A stretch of DNA of 34,570 nucleotides from Marinoscillum sp. (GCA_038125345.1 JAYPDR010000004.1:1688-36257); one strand, 5' to 3'; shown: positions 10,001-18,807, counted from the stretch's first letter. The notes: a model not told the origin generated them from the letters alone. Numbers and translations: made by a program.

Positions 10001-11554
10001 GCATCTATGGGATTAATTGATGTTAAAGAAAATTTATTTTTAATTAAAGGGGTAGAAGAAATAGTAGTTGCAGATGCTTATATAATTCCTTATAATAAAG
10101 AGTTGTCAATCAGAGAAAATTTAAAAATTGATCCTTTATTAAAGTCCAGTTTGGTGCTCGACACGTTGGAAGAGAATCATAAATTTGTAGATTCTGATAT
10201 ATTGATTTTAACAAAAGATAAATTTGAGGGAAAAGGTATTTACGAATATGTGAACTTTAATCTAGACACGTTTAATGTACCCTTCTCTAATTTTGAAATA
10301 AAGTCAGATACGGACGGGAGATTAACTACCTACTCTAAAGGAAGTGTAGATAAAAATGATCCTGTATTAATGGAGCCTGGATTTAATTTTTATGGAACGA
10401 TTAATTTATATGCGAACTCAGATAAGTTATTCTTTGACGGATTTATAATACCATCAGAAGTAAATAATTTTAACCCAGATAATGCAATTTCATTTAAGGA
10501 ATATTTTGCTCCTGGAGATGAGCTTCAGTTATCTATTAATGACAATCAAGATGTTTATAGTTCTGCAATTTCTCTGAACGAGGAGGGTTTGTTTTTTGAT
10601 TTTTTTAATAATCCTGTTAAAAATAAAAATTCTGTTTTTTTTAATCCTGAAGGTTCTTTGTCTTACGACTCTTACTCAAATGAATATTTAATAGAAAAAA
10701 AAGAAAAAAGAAATCTAGAGGACTATGAAGGCAACTCACTTTTGTATAATCCATCAAGTAATTCAGTTTCTTTTGAGGGAGAAACAAACCTGTTTGATAA
10801 TGATAAAAATTTTAAAATCCTTTCATCTATGCAAGGAAAGCTTAATCTAGATTCATTAGAAGTTGAGTCAGATGCTTTTTTGATTATAGATATTAACGTA
10901 AAAAGATCAATTATTGATGAGCTAGGATTTGCTTTTACAGATATCATTGAAACGTTTGGCGCACCAATTGCGCATGACAATGAACAAGAAGTATTAATGA
11001 GAATGTCTGATTTAATTGGAAATGAAAAAACAATTGCTTTTGAAAATCTTGTATTATCTAAATACGAATCATTAATAGAGGCAGATGAACTTCTAAACAC
11101 CACTTTTGTTATTACTAACACAAAGTTTTCCTGGTCTCCAACGCAAAAGTCATGGTATAACACAGCCACCATTAACCTCTCAAATATTGGATCTAGAGAC
11201 ATTAACGCATCAGTTGATGGCTTCCTTGAGATTAAAAGAAGCAATAACCATTATGTGTTTTCTATGTTTTTACAACCAGCTCCGGAGCTATGGGTATATT
11301 TTAAATACGATGGAGATTACCTGTGGGCAATATCTTCTAGTGAAAGAATTAATAAAGAGTTATCTGATCTTTCTGGAGGTAGAGACAGATATATATCTTC
11401 AAAAATTACTAATGAAGAAGAGGTTTTAAGTTTTATTAACGCTTTCAGATTTAATCATTTTGGTATTAAAGAACAATATAATTTGTTATCTCCTTCTGAT
11501 ACATTTCTTGAGGATGAGATTTTTAAAACAATTTCTGAAGATGATGGATTTTAA
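7061..11554 (+). CDS. Very large (1497 aa) secreted or membrane-anchored protein of unknown function
   Basis: Uninterrupted 4.5-kb ORF 12 nt after tpiA. N-terminal signal or anchor MKKFFFFVFIVFLQTFLLSPFLSKSQ. The body is N/S/F/K-rich and looks beta-rich. Acidic C-terminus ...SEDDGF. I recognise no catalytic or sorting motif. Confidence 0.8.
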   Translation: MKKFFFFVFIVFLQTFLLSPFLSKSQTKKNSFSNLEEFYNSFVNQEVSDSDREIIKKTLLDENKFNQEEEVMFVRILNTIDIKNNSELLNLVNYINWASENLNESTKLEDLLTYHLSLIVREEFKSKNYFTSLWRIIKTETVYSDVSYKLIIKKDPKIGLEDFLGFSLYNNFGDVQGTLTFYYSSVDLIVDSEFHNFEIKKTDISLYPDINVIQGKNGLISSKINNPYISDLGFFLNKFSLDLTQGVLVSDETTLNTTTTKKVEGSLEYRVLKNSPLNSNNFNFISNNSNIHLIQNNNYSLTSGLFINGDKVFTKSKSNGFSEFLLQLGFNKKISVKSKSFFIDHQDISAEKSTFKLFDVSDSVYHSQVEFNFNFNSEKIELFNTKGLLSNSAFYSSYFNIEFDADYLSYTLGGSEVFFKMIVAPTQRPLSVYSRNYFAQNKINEMTDLNGINFLKAVYTYFSKIKREDFYIADFAYSFNLNVNLIEGGIIDLWRNGFVLYDKEIGLIEVLPKLKHYYLSHSKRSDYDEVSFTSLSPTSNNLIYNLKSDKMLFDGVENLRLSEKNNLIVYPQSGMVELKKNREINTIGNLSVGNFDFRGVTLSFKYDAYKIDLLKIDTLKMITKVNNLESYNYLYNIGGGLFINHPKNKSSLRKLPNFPFFVSDKSTSVYFEMPDDYGSKYDSSFYFTIDQFRIDSLDKSTLPKFEFPGKFYSVGIFNPLEAKLITMPDNSFGFTIDLKNNNLDAYGKNIQVFENLMMDSTGLYSEGNIKYNSTTLFSEKFRFFPDSISGYVEKGFMSVETSKKQNFIYPELELSNLQLTYLKDDNNVLLLFDSLKRSEIINKKNNYKIFGDLTISSTEVSSEGKIKIGDSYFFSDRFVFEESLIASDYADAFLKEKSQNNDLVNAEGVKLKYKINEKELNLKTTLFGQNNFMFPRFQLFSSFAEINWNIQQKSISVTSEDNSEKTIYSLSPEFNSWSFDASMGLIDVKENLFLIKGVEEIVVADAYIIPYNKELSIRENLKIDPLLKSSLVLDTLEENHKFVDSDILILTKDKFEGKGIYEYVNFNLDTFNVPFSNFEIKSDTDGRLTTYSKGSVDKNDPVLMEPGFNFYGTINLYANSDKLFFDGFIIPSEVNNFNPDNAISFKEYFAPGDELQLSINDNQDVYSSAISLNEEGLFFDFFNNPVKNKNSVFFNPEGSLSYDSYSNEYLIEKKEKRNLEDYEGNSLLYNPSSNSVSFEGETNLFDNDKNFKILSSMQGKLNLDSLEVESDAFLIIDINVKRSIIDELGFAFTDIIETFGAPIAHDNEQEVLMRMSDLIGNEKTIAFENLVLSKYESLIEADELLNTTFVITNTKFSWSPTQKSWYNTATINLSNIGSRDINASVDGFLEIKRSNNHYVFSMFLQPAPELWVYFKYDGDYLWAISSSERINKELSDLSGGRDRYISSKITNEEEVLSFINAFRFNHFGIKEQYNLLSPSDTFLEDEIFKTISEDDGF

Positions 11555-11617
11555 GCGCTTAACATTATTTAGTTAATATCAGACACTTATTATAAAAGAT
11601 CTTTTTAAATTAGCAAA

Positions 11618-12982
11618 ATGATAAAAAATTATATTGAAAGCAATAAAGAAAGATTTTTGAGTGAGCTTTTTGAACTATTAAAATTAGAATCTGTTAGCGC
11701 TGACTCCAAATTTAAAAGTGAGGTTGATAAGGCAGCAGACTGGCTAGTTAATCAATTTACAAAGCTTGGTTTAGAAAACGTTGAAAAGGTAAAAACCAAA
11801 GGACACCCTATAGTATATGCTGACAAAATAATTAATAAAGATCTTCCTACAATTTTAGTTTATGGCCATTATGACGTTCAGCCTGCAGACCCCTATGACC
11901 TATGGGATTCTCCTCCTTTTGAACCTACTATTAAAAATGATAAAATATATGCAAGAGGTGCTTGTGATGACAAAGGGCAGATGTATATGCACCTTAAAGC
12001 ATATGAGTCACTTTTATATGCAGGTGAAATAAACTTCAACATTAAATTTATGATAGAGGGAGAAGAGGAGTGTGGTTCAGACAACCTAGAAGAATTTGTA
12101 GTTTCGAACAAGGAAAAATTAAAATCAGATGTTATAGTGATTTCTGATACTGCCATTATTGATAATAACAATCCCTCAATAACAATAGGTTTAAGAGGAC
12201 TGAGTTATATGGAAATAGAATTAACTGGCCCTAGTAGGGATTTACATTCTGGCACATACGGTGGTGCAGTAAATAATCCCATAAATGCTCTTTGTAAAAT
12301 AATCTCTTCATTGAAGGATGATGAAGGTAGAATAACCATACCCGGCTTTTATGATAATGTTGAAACCTTTAGTGAGTCTTATAGAAAAGAAATAAACAAA
12401 ACACCCTTTGACCTAGAAAGTTTTAAGTCTCACATTAAAATAGGAGATGTTTATGGTGAGTCTGGATTTTCAACGGTTGAGAGAATTGGAATTAGACCTA
12501 CCCTAGACGTAAATGGCATCTGGGGAGGATATATAAATGAAGGAGCTAAAACTGTACTGCCCTCGAAAGCTTACGCAAAAGTATCTATGAGATTAGTTCC
12601 TAATCAATCTAGCAAAGAAATTTCAGAGCTTTTCTCTAAACACCTAAAAAGCATTTGTCCTCCGTCTTGTTCTATAAAAGTCAAAGAGCACCATGGTGGG
12701 GAGCCATGTGTAGTAAACACTGATACAAAAGGCTACCGAGCGGCCTTCAAAGCTTATAAAGATGTTTGGGGAAAAGAACCGGTTCCTACATTTGATGGTG
12801 GAAGTATACCTATAGTTGCTTTATTTAAAAAAGAATTAAAGTTAGACTCCATCCTTATGGGTTTTGGATTAGATGAAGATGCTATTCATTCGCCAAATGA
12901 GTCATTTGGCTTAGTTAATTTTTACAAAGGGATTGAAACTATAACACATTTTTATAATAATTTTTCAAAAGATGAGAGGTAA
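11618..12982 (+). CDS. M20 family dipeptidase (ArgE/DapE/ACY1/CPG2 superfamily)
   Basis: VYGHYDVQPADP, YARGACDDKGQ and EGEEECGS metal-ligand motifs. Size is 454 aa. Confidence 0.9.
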   Translation: MIKNYIESNKERFLSELFELLKLESVSADSKFKSEVDKAADWLVNQFTKLGLENVEKVKTKGHPIVYADKIINKDLPTILVYGHYDVQPADPYDLWDSPPFEPTIKNDKIYARGACDDKGQMYMHLKAYESLLYAGEINFNIKFMIEGEEECGSDNLEEFVVSNKEKLKSDVIVISDTAIIDNNNPSITIGLRGLSYMEIELTGPSRDLHSGTYGGAVNNPINALCKIISSLKDDEGRITIPGFYDNVETFSESYRKEINKTPFDLESFKSHIKIGDVYGESGFSTVERIGIRPTLDVNGIWGGYINEGAKTVLPSKAYAKVSMRLVPNQSSKEISELFSKHLKSICPPSCSIKVKEHHGGEPCVVNTDTKGYRAAFKAYKDVWGKEPVPTFDGGSIPIVALFKKELKLDSILMGFGLDEDAIHSPNESFGLVNFYKGIETITHFYNNFSKDER

Positions 12983-14930
12983 AAAGGGATTGTGTTTATT
13001 TTTTGTGTTTATTTTTTGTCATAGCTTATTTTCTCAAATATTAGAGCCAATATCGTGGAGTATGTCAATAGATAGCACAGGATCACAAAATTCCAACAAA
13101 ATACAATTACTATTTACTCCGACCACTGAACCAGGTTGGTATATATATTCTTCGGATAATGATCCTAATAGTGGGCCAAAGACGGAGTTTGAGTTTTATT
13201 TAAATAAAACATATGAACTTAATGGAGAGGTAATGCCTGTAAATGTAAAAACTAAGTTTGATGAAGTTTGGGGCGCTGATGTAAGATATTTAGATAATAC
13301 GGGTTCTTTTATTCAAAGCATTAATTTATTAGAAAAAACCCCATCTATAGGGGGTTACATCTCATATCAGGTCTGTTCTGAAATCGAAAAAATGTGTATA
13401 CCTCTTGAGAAAGATTTTTCATTCTATAGCTCTCAATCAAGTAATTTTCAAGATGAAACAGTTGGTATAAATAGTTTTGCAGAGGAGAAATCTCTTATTT
13501 CTTTTATTTTCTTTTCATTTATTGCTGGTTTTTTGGCTATACTCACCCCATGCGTTTTCCCAATGATTCCATTGACCGTTTCTTATTTTGCTAATAAAAG
13601 CACCAGTAAAAAATATTATTTTGATGCCATAGTTTTTGGGCTTTCTATTGTTTTGATATTTACTTTTTTAGGTGTTTTTCTTTCTCTACTTATGGGGCCA
13701 CAAACTGCTAATGAGATCGCTACCTCTTGGATTCCAAATTCTATTTTTTTTCTTCTTTTCGTTGTTTTTGGACTATCTCTTATTGGATTTTTTGAGATAA
13801 CAATTCCTTCAAGTTTTATTACTTCAATTGATAAAAAATCTCAAGAAGGTGGGCTTATCGGTGTTTTTTTCATGGCCTTCACATTAGTTTTGGTTTCTTT
13901 TTCATGTACAGGTCCGTTGGTTGGGAGTATATTGGTACAATCTGCTAGTGGTTTACAAATCAAACCTATTCTTGGCATGTTAGCTTTTTCTACTGCTTTT
14001 GCTTTACCTTTTACGTTTTTAGCTATTTTTCCAAAAAAACTTCAAAGCTTGCCAAAGTCTGGTAACTGGATGATTGTTTTAAGGGTAATCCTTGGGTTTT
14101 TAGCAATTGCTTTCTCTTTTAAATTTTTAAGTGTAGTAGATAAAGCTTATCATTTTAATTTATTGAATAGGGATGTTTTCTTAATTATATGGAGTTTGTT
14201 GTTTTTTGTTTTATCTCTTTATCTTTTTGGAAGAATTAAATTACCAGAAGGACAACTAAGAAATGGCACCTTCTATACAAAAATTCTTGCTGTATTTTTC
14301 TTTTTTATGTCGGTATACTTTACTTCTGGAATGTTTGGAAACAGGTTGGTATACCTTGCGGCATATTTACCTCCTTTACCAGAAAAATATATTGACATAA
14401 AAACCTTTACTAGAAAGCCTTTTTTTGAAGTTGACAAGGTTTATGACAACGAATTATCTAATGTGAAATTTTCTGATATTTTAAAGTTACCTTATAACAT
14501 TAAGGGTTTTTTTGATTATAAAGAAGGGTTAGCGTATGCCCAAAAAACAAACAAACCAATACTCCTAGATTTTACCGGTCATGGATGTGTTAATTGTAGG
14601 GACATTGAGTCTCGTGTTTGGCCGGACAATCAAGTAAGAGATTTCTTAAGTAATAAGTATGTTTTGATTTCATTGTATATTGATGACAAAACTGTTCTGC
14701 CAGATGGGGAGTGGTATATATCTAGCTATGATTCTAAAATTAAAAAAACAATTGGAAAACAAAACGCTGATTTTCAGATCACCAGATTTAATAATAACGC
14801 GCAACCTTTTTATGTTGTACTCGATCCTTTTTCTGAAAAAATTATTTATTCTCCTTGGGGATATGAGTTAAATATTGAAAAATACATATCTCACTTAAAA
14901 AACGGATTGAAAGAGTATTATAATGAATAA
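12972..14930 (+). CDS. dsbD: Thiol:disulfide interchange protein DsbD (three-domain protein-disulfide reductase)
   Basis: Signal peptide; N-terminal domain with VCSEIEKMC; membrane core with LTPCVFPMIP and SFSCTGP; C-terminal thioredoxin fold with GHGCVNCR. Overlaps the M20 gene by 11 nt. Confidence 0.9.
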   Translation: MRGKKGLCLFFVFIFCHSLFSQILEPISWSMSIDSTGSQNSNKIQLLFTPTTEPGWYIYSSDNDPNSGPKTEFEFYLNKTYELNGEVMPVNVKTKFDEVWGADVRYLDNTGSFIQSINLLEKTPSIGGYISYQVCSEIEKMCIPLEKDFSFYSSQSSNFQDETVGINSFAEEKSLISFIFFSFIAGFLAILTPCVFPMIPLTVSYFANKSTSKKYYFDAIVFGLSIVLIFTFLGVFLSLLMGPQTANEIATSWIPNSIFFLLFVVFGLSLIGFFEITIPSSFITSIDKKSQEGGLIGVFFMAFTLVLVSFSCTGPLVGSILVQSASGLQIKPILGMLAFSTAFALPFTFLAIFPKKLQSLPKSGNWMIVLRVILGFLAIAFSFKFLSVVDKAYHFNLLNRDVFLIIWSLLFFVLSLYLFGRIKLPEGQLRNGTFYTKILAVFFFFMSVYFTSGMFGNRLVYLAAYLPPLPEKYIDIKTFTRKPFFEVDKVYDNELSNVKFSDILKLPYNIKGFFDYKEGLAYAQKTNKPILLDFTGHGCVNCRDIESRVWPDNQVRDFLSNKYVLISLYIDDKTVLPDGEWYISSYDSKIKKTIGKQNADFQITRFNNNAQPFYVVLDPFSEKIIYSPWGYELNIEKYISHLKNGLKEYYNE

Positions 14931-16143
14931 ATATTTGGTGTTTATAACCCTCTATTTTTTTTCTTGTAATATAAATATAGATGAAAATCAAAAAGAGACA
15001 TCTTTAGACCCCCCAAACATCAATCAATATGAATCGAATGAAATAAAAACACTCTATGGCATAAACTTAGACTCATTCACTTATGAGTCAAATAAAATTA
15101 AATGGGGCGATAGTTTTTCTGGCATTTTATCAAAAAATAAAATAAATAAAAAAAACATATATGAGGCAACACAATTAAGTAAGGAAGTGTTTAATCTTAG
15201 AAAAATCAAGAAAGGAAATGCTTACACTCTATTCTTTAAAAAAGAAGACAAAAGTTTAAGTCACTTAGTTTACGAATCAAGCAAATATGATTATTTAATA
15301 TGGAGTTTTGATTCCTTAGTAAACTTTAATAAGATAGAAAAAAAAGTTAGCTACAGAGAAAGACAAATTTCAGGAATTATCAACTCTAGCCTATACCTAA
15401 GTTTTATTGAAAAAAAATATCCAATAGATTTAGTTAATCTTATTGTAGATGTTTTTGCGTGGCAGATAGATTTTTTCAGAATAAACCCAGGAGATAGTTA
15501 TAATATTATATATACAGAAGAAATTATAAACGGGGAATATGTTGGAGTTAGAGGAATTAAAGCTGCAAAATTTACACATAATAATAATCCTTTTTTTGCA
15601 ATAGGTTATGATCAAGGGCTTGGTATTGATTTTTTTGATGAAAATGGAAAAAGCTTAAGAAAAGCGTTTTTAAGAGCTCCGTTAAATTTTTATAGAATTT
15701 CATCAAAATTTAAAAAAGGAAGATTTCATCCTGTACTTAAAAGATATAGAGATCATTTAGGAACGGATTATGCTGCCCCTAGAGGAACACCCATTTATAC
15801 AGTTGCTGATGGTAAAGTTGTGGAAGCAAGGTATGCTAGAAACAACGGTTATTATGTAAAAATTGCTCATAATAATATTTTCACGACACAGTACCTGCAC
15901 ATGTCAAAATTTGCAGCTGGCATTAAGAACGGGAAGATTGTTAAACAGGGAGATGTTATAGGTTATGTTGGCTCAACAGGACTTGCAACAGGTCCACATG
16001 TTTGTTTTCGTTTTTGGAGAAACGGAAAACAGGTTGACCCGTATAAACAAAACGACTTACCTGAGGGAGATCCAATTCTATCAAAACACGAGGAATCATT
16101 TAATTATTTAAAAGAGAAATATTTAAAATTGATTGAAGGTTAA
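14923..16143 (+). CDS. M23 family metallopeptidase lipoprotein (LytM/peptidoglycan DD-endopeptidase-like)
   Basis: Lipobox LYFFSC. HLGTDYAAPRGTPIY and GYVGSTGLATGPHVCFRFW (HxxxD / HxH-type M23 motifs). Overlaps dsbD by 8 nt. Confidence 0.9.
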   Translation: MNKYLVFITLYFFSCNINIDENQKETSLDPPNINQYESNEIKTLYGINLDSFTYESNKIKWGDSFSGILSKNKINKKNIYEATQLSKEVFNLRKIKKGNAYTLFFKKEDKSLSHLVYESSKYDYLIWSFDSLVNFNKIEKKVSYRERQISGIINSSLYLSFIEKKYPIDLVNLIVDVFAWQIDFFRINPGDSYNIIYTEEIINGEYVGVRGIKAAKFTHNNNPFFAIGYDQGLGIDFFDENGKSLRKAFLRAPLNFYRISSKFKKGRFHPVLKRYRDHLGTDYAAPRGTPIYTVADGKVVEARYARNNGYYVKIAHNNIFTTQYLHMSKFAAGIKNGKIVKQGDVIGYVGSTGLATGPHVCFRFWRNGKQVDPYKQNDLPEGDPILSKHEESFNYLKEKYLKLIEG

Positions 16144-17582
16144 TTTTTAAAACACTTTTCAGCTTTTTTTCCAATTTCTTTAAGAACACTAAATAAAAAA
16201 TCAATGTCCTTTTTTTCTCTTCTATGATTTATGCAATTAATTCTAAGAACATATTGGTTATCAATTTTTGTGCCCGAAAGAAAAATTCTCCCATCTTCTT
16301 CAATTAATTCTAGTATTTTTTTATTTAAATCAGAATCTGAAATCGTTCTGCTTTTGCTTGTATATTTAAAGCATAAAATTGATAATTCTGGATAATGTAA
16401 TGGCAAGAAATTTTTTTCTTTTTTTATTATATTATATGCGTATTGAGCCATTTTAATATCATTAAGAATATTTTTTCTTATTTTTTCATAACCAAAGGTT
16501 TTAATTGTCATCCAAACCTTTAATGCTTTAAAATCTTTTGAAAGTTGAATGCTAAAATTCATAAGATCTTCTCTTTCTGATTTTTCTGAGCCACCAAGTA
16601 AATATTCAGGAATTAAACTAAAAGTTTTACTAAGGTGCTTTTTGTTTTTAACAAGTACACAAGCAACTTCAAAAGGAACAAACAACCACTTGTGTGGATT
16701 TATTAATAATGAGTCCGCTCGCTCCATACCTTTAAATTTACTTTTATATTTATCTAAGCTTGCAGCAGGACCGCCATAAGCTGCGTCTACCATGAACCAC
16801 AAATCATATTTATTACAAATTTTAGCGATCTTTTCTAAGGGATCTATTGATCCTGTATTTGTTGTTCCAGCAATCCCAATTACCCCAATTGGTAAGAATT
16901 TTCCACTCAAGTCTTCTTTAATTTTTGCCTCGAGAGATAATATGTCAATTTTAAAATCAGAATCAGTTTTTACTTTTATTAGATTTTGGGTTCCTATTCC
17001 TAATAGATCTATGGCCTTGTCAATACTTGAGTGAGCTTCCTCTGAAACATAAACTCTCATTTGTTTTTTATTGTATAATCCTTCTTCAGATATTTTTTTA
17101 TCTCCTTTCACCTTTCTCATCACAGCTAGATTCATTAGGTTAGCAACAGATCCACCGCTTACAAAAACACCTCCCTCATTTTTATTATGGTACCCAATAA
17201 ACTTTGAAATCCATTCTATAGTTAATTTTTCAATTTCAGTATTTGCAGGGGCACTATGCCATTTCAAGTTGTTCTGATTTAATGAGCCCTTTATCAGCTC
17301 TGCAATTGCTCCCACTTGATTTCCACCTCCTGTTATATATCCATAATAATTTGGGCTTGGGTTGAAGTTTGAATACTTGATCAAGTTGTCATCTAAATGT
17401 TTTATAACTTTTTCTGGGGCACAGGCCTTGTTCTTTATGTTTAACTTAAATGCTTTTTGTATTTGATGGGGTTTTTTATTCTCATAAATTTTCACCCCCC
17501 TAATATTATTAGCATACCAACTTTCAATCATTTCAGTAGACTGAAGCACTAGCTCTCTAAATTTTTTAGGGGAAAGATCCAT
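16140..17582 (-). CDS. Group II pyridoxal-phosphate-dependent amino-acid decarboxylase (DDC/TyrDC-like)
   Basis: PLP-lysine motif LLINPHKWLFVP, DAAYGGPA, and N-terminal YYGYITGGG...HSAPANTEIE resembling aromatic-amino-acid decarboxylases. Substrate unknown. Confidence 0.85.
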   Translation of the reverse strand: MDLSPKKFRELVLQSTEMIESWYANNIRGVKIYENKKPHQIQKAFKLNIKNKACAPEKVIKHLDDNLIKYSNFNPSPNYYGYITGGGNQVGAIAELIKGSLNQNNLKWHSAPANTEIEKLTIEWISKFIGYHNKNEGGVFVSGGSVANLMNLAVMRKVKGDKKISEEGLYNKKQMRVYVSEEAHSSIDKAIDLLGIGTQNLIKVKTDSDFKIDILSLEAKIKEDLSGKFLPIGVIGIAGTTNTGSIDPLEKIAKICNKYDLWFMVDAAYGGPAASLDKYKSKFKGMERADSLLINPHKWLFVPFEVACVLVKNKKHLSKTFSLIPEYLLGGSEKSEREDLMNFSIQLSKDFKALKVWMTIKTFGYEKIRKNILNDIKMAQYAYNIIKKEKNFLPLHYPELSILCFKYTSKSRTISDSDLNKKILELIEEDGRIFLSGTKIDNQYVLRINCINHRREKKDIDFLFSVLKEIGKKAEKCFKN

Positions 17583-17584
17583 AT

Positions 17585-17905
17585 TTATTTATTTATATAT
17601 TCTTTTCTTGATGGAGAGAAAACATCAATAAGTTCACAGTCAGAGATTGCTGTTCCACTGTGTTTAATATTTGAAGCAATCATAATTAATTGGTTCTTTT
17701 TTAATAAATGTGTTTTATTATTCATAACTAATTTGAAAATTCCTTTTTTTACAAATAAAGATTGTTCATTTATATGGCTATGCTCAGGAATAGAAGATCC
17801 TTTTTTCACAGTCCAAAAAGCTATTGTTATATTTTTCCCATGTACGAATTTTCCATAAAAGCCAGGAATTATTTCATTGCCATTTATTTTTTCTAAATCA
17901 AACAT
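17585..17905 (-). CDS. Small monocupin (cupin_2) domain protein
   Basis: 106 aa. Cupin motif 1 GSSIPEHSHINEQSLFVKKG and motif 2 NIKHSG. Its stop lies 2 nt before the decarboxylase ATG. Confidence 0.7.
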   Translation of the reverse strand: MFDLEKINGNEIIPGFYGKFVHGKNITIAFWTVKKGSSIPEHSHINEQSLFVKKGIFKLVMNNKTHLLKKNQLIMIASNIKHSGTAISDCELIDVFSPSRKEYINK

Positions 17906-18782
17906 TTTGTTTTTCTATATACCTTTTTAGTCCACTAACGCTCATATATGGAGGGTTAGCAGCATAATATTGTGCTATTAATTTATTGCTTATTTTTTTT
18001 GAAACCATCTTTTTGTAGACATATTGGTCAAACTTTTTTATTAGAGTATTATCATCTGAAAAATTATACATATTGTTTCTAATCCAATTACACCAATCTC
18101 TTAGCTCATCTCTTAGCTCATCTAAGTGATCTCGGGAATTTAAGTGACAACCAAAATGAGTTAAAAACATCTTTTTAGGATTTTCTTTTTCGATTATTTG
18201 TAAGCTATTTTCCCAATCTTCAAGATTAATGTCTGGTGGTGGGCAAGCTGGCAAAACAGGTCCATTTTTAATTTTTGCTCCTGCTATATCTCCAGTAAAC
18301 ATACAGTCACCCAATTTCCAAGATATATGATGACTCGCATGACCTGGGGTATGAAAAGATTGAAACTCAACTCCATTTATAGAAATAACCTCTTCATGAT
18401 CAACAGAAATAACATTTTTATTATTTATTTTTTTAACATTCCCCCAAAGCATGTCCATTTTGTCTCCATAAATTTTACCAGCAGATGAGATAAGCCTTTC
18501 AGGATCTATAAGGTGCGGAGCCCCTTTTGGGTGAACGTAAATTTTTGCTCCATTTTCTGCAAATTTCCATGCACCTCCAGAGTGATCCAAGTGAATATGT
18601 GTTACAAAAACATGAGAAATTTTTTTAATATCTAATCTTTTTTTTTCTAATGTGCTTTTAATAACACCATAAGAAACTGATGGCCCAGTTTCAACCAATA
18701 TTAAGTTATTTTCTTCTTGAATTAGAAAGCATGCGATTGCAGACTTCTTATTTAAAAAGTCTAAGTCAATAATTTTAATCAT
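17898..18782 (-). CDS. MBL-fold metallo-hydrolase
   Basis: HxHxDH motif THIHLDHSGG, plus downstream HTPGHASHH and TGD ligand motifs. Overlaps the cupin gene by 8 nt. Confidence 0.85.
   Translation of the reverse strand: MIKIIDLDFLNKKSAIACFLIQEENNLILVETGPSVSYGVIKSTLEKKRLDIKKISHVFVTHIHLDHSGGAWKFAENGAKIYVHPKGAPHLIDPERLISSAGKIYGDKMDMLWGNVKKINNKNVISVDHEEVISINGVEFQSFHTPGHASHHISWKLGDCMFTGDIAGAKIKNGPVLPACPPPDINLEDWENSLQIIEKENPKKMFLTHFGCHLNSRDHLDELRDELRDWCNWIRNNMYNFSDDNTLIKKFDQYVYKKMVSKKISNKLIAQYYAANPPYMSVSGLKRYIEKQNV
18097..18120. repeat. In-frame 12-bp tandem duplication (tctcttagctca x2, plus a partial third copy) inside the MBL gene
   Basis: Direct reading of 18097-18108 and 18109-18120. Encodes DELRDELR on the minus strand. 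Confidence 0.9.
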
Positions 18783-18807
18783 ATTTACTAATATTAATTA
18801 AGTATTT

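Noticed and set aside
10723-11244. A 173-aa antisense ORF, plus the 107-aa out-of-frame sense ORF at 11106-11429, inside the 3' part of the giant gene. These are unusually long for such an AT-rich genome.
   Set aside because: Both are fully embedded in a long ORF with a continuous reading frame. They are Ser-rich and low in complexity, with no motif, no start context and no room for a promoter. I read them as shadow ORFs reflecting locally different composition of the host gene.
7061-11554. Calling the giant protein TamB/AsmA or a T9SS-secreted adhesin.
   Set aside because: I could not see a DUF490-like C-terminus, AsmA-like motifs or a T9SS C-terminal sorting domain. The acidic ...SEDDGF end does not fit. 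It is left as unknown.
11551-11605. Perfect 12-nt palindromes TTAAGCGCTTAA (11551-11562, spanning the giant gene's stop) and AAAAGATCTTTT (11594-11605) in the 63-nt spacer. Considered as terminators or operator sites.
   Set aside because: As hairpins they would have only about 4 A-T-rich base pairs around a tiny loop, and no proper U-tract. Short A/T palindromes are expected by chance at this composition. I have no supporting evidence for protein binding.
16549-17277. Three plus-strand ORFs (76, 80 and 68 aa), all in the same frame, antisense to the PLP decarboxylase.
   Set aside because: They are interrupted by stops and lie opposite a gene with clear family motifs (NPHK). This is typical antisense-frame persistence and their translations have no recognisable features.
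16140-17905. The idea that the cupin and decarboxylase are a cysteine dioxygenase / cysteine-sulfinate decarboxylase (taurine/hypotaurine) pair.
   Set aside because: The cupin is only 106 aa, whereas CDO is about 190 aa with a distinct motif set. The decarboxylase N-terminal region looks DDC/TyrDC-like rather than CSAD/GAD-like. The idea is unsupported without profile searches.
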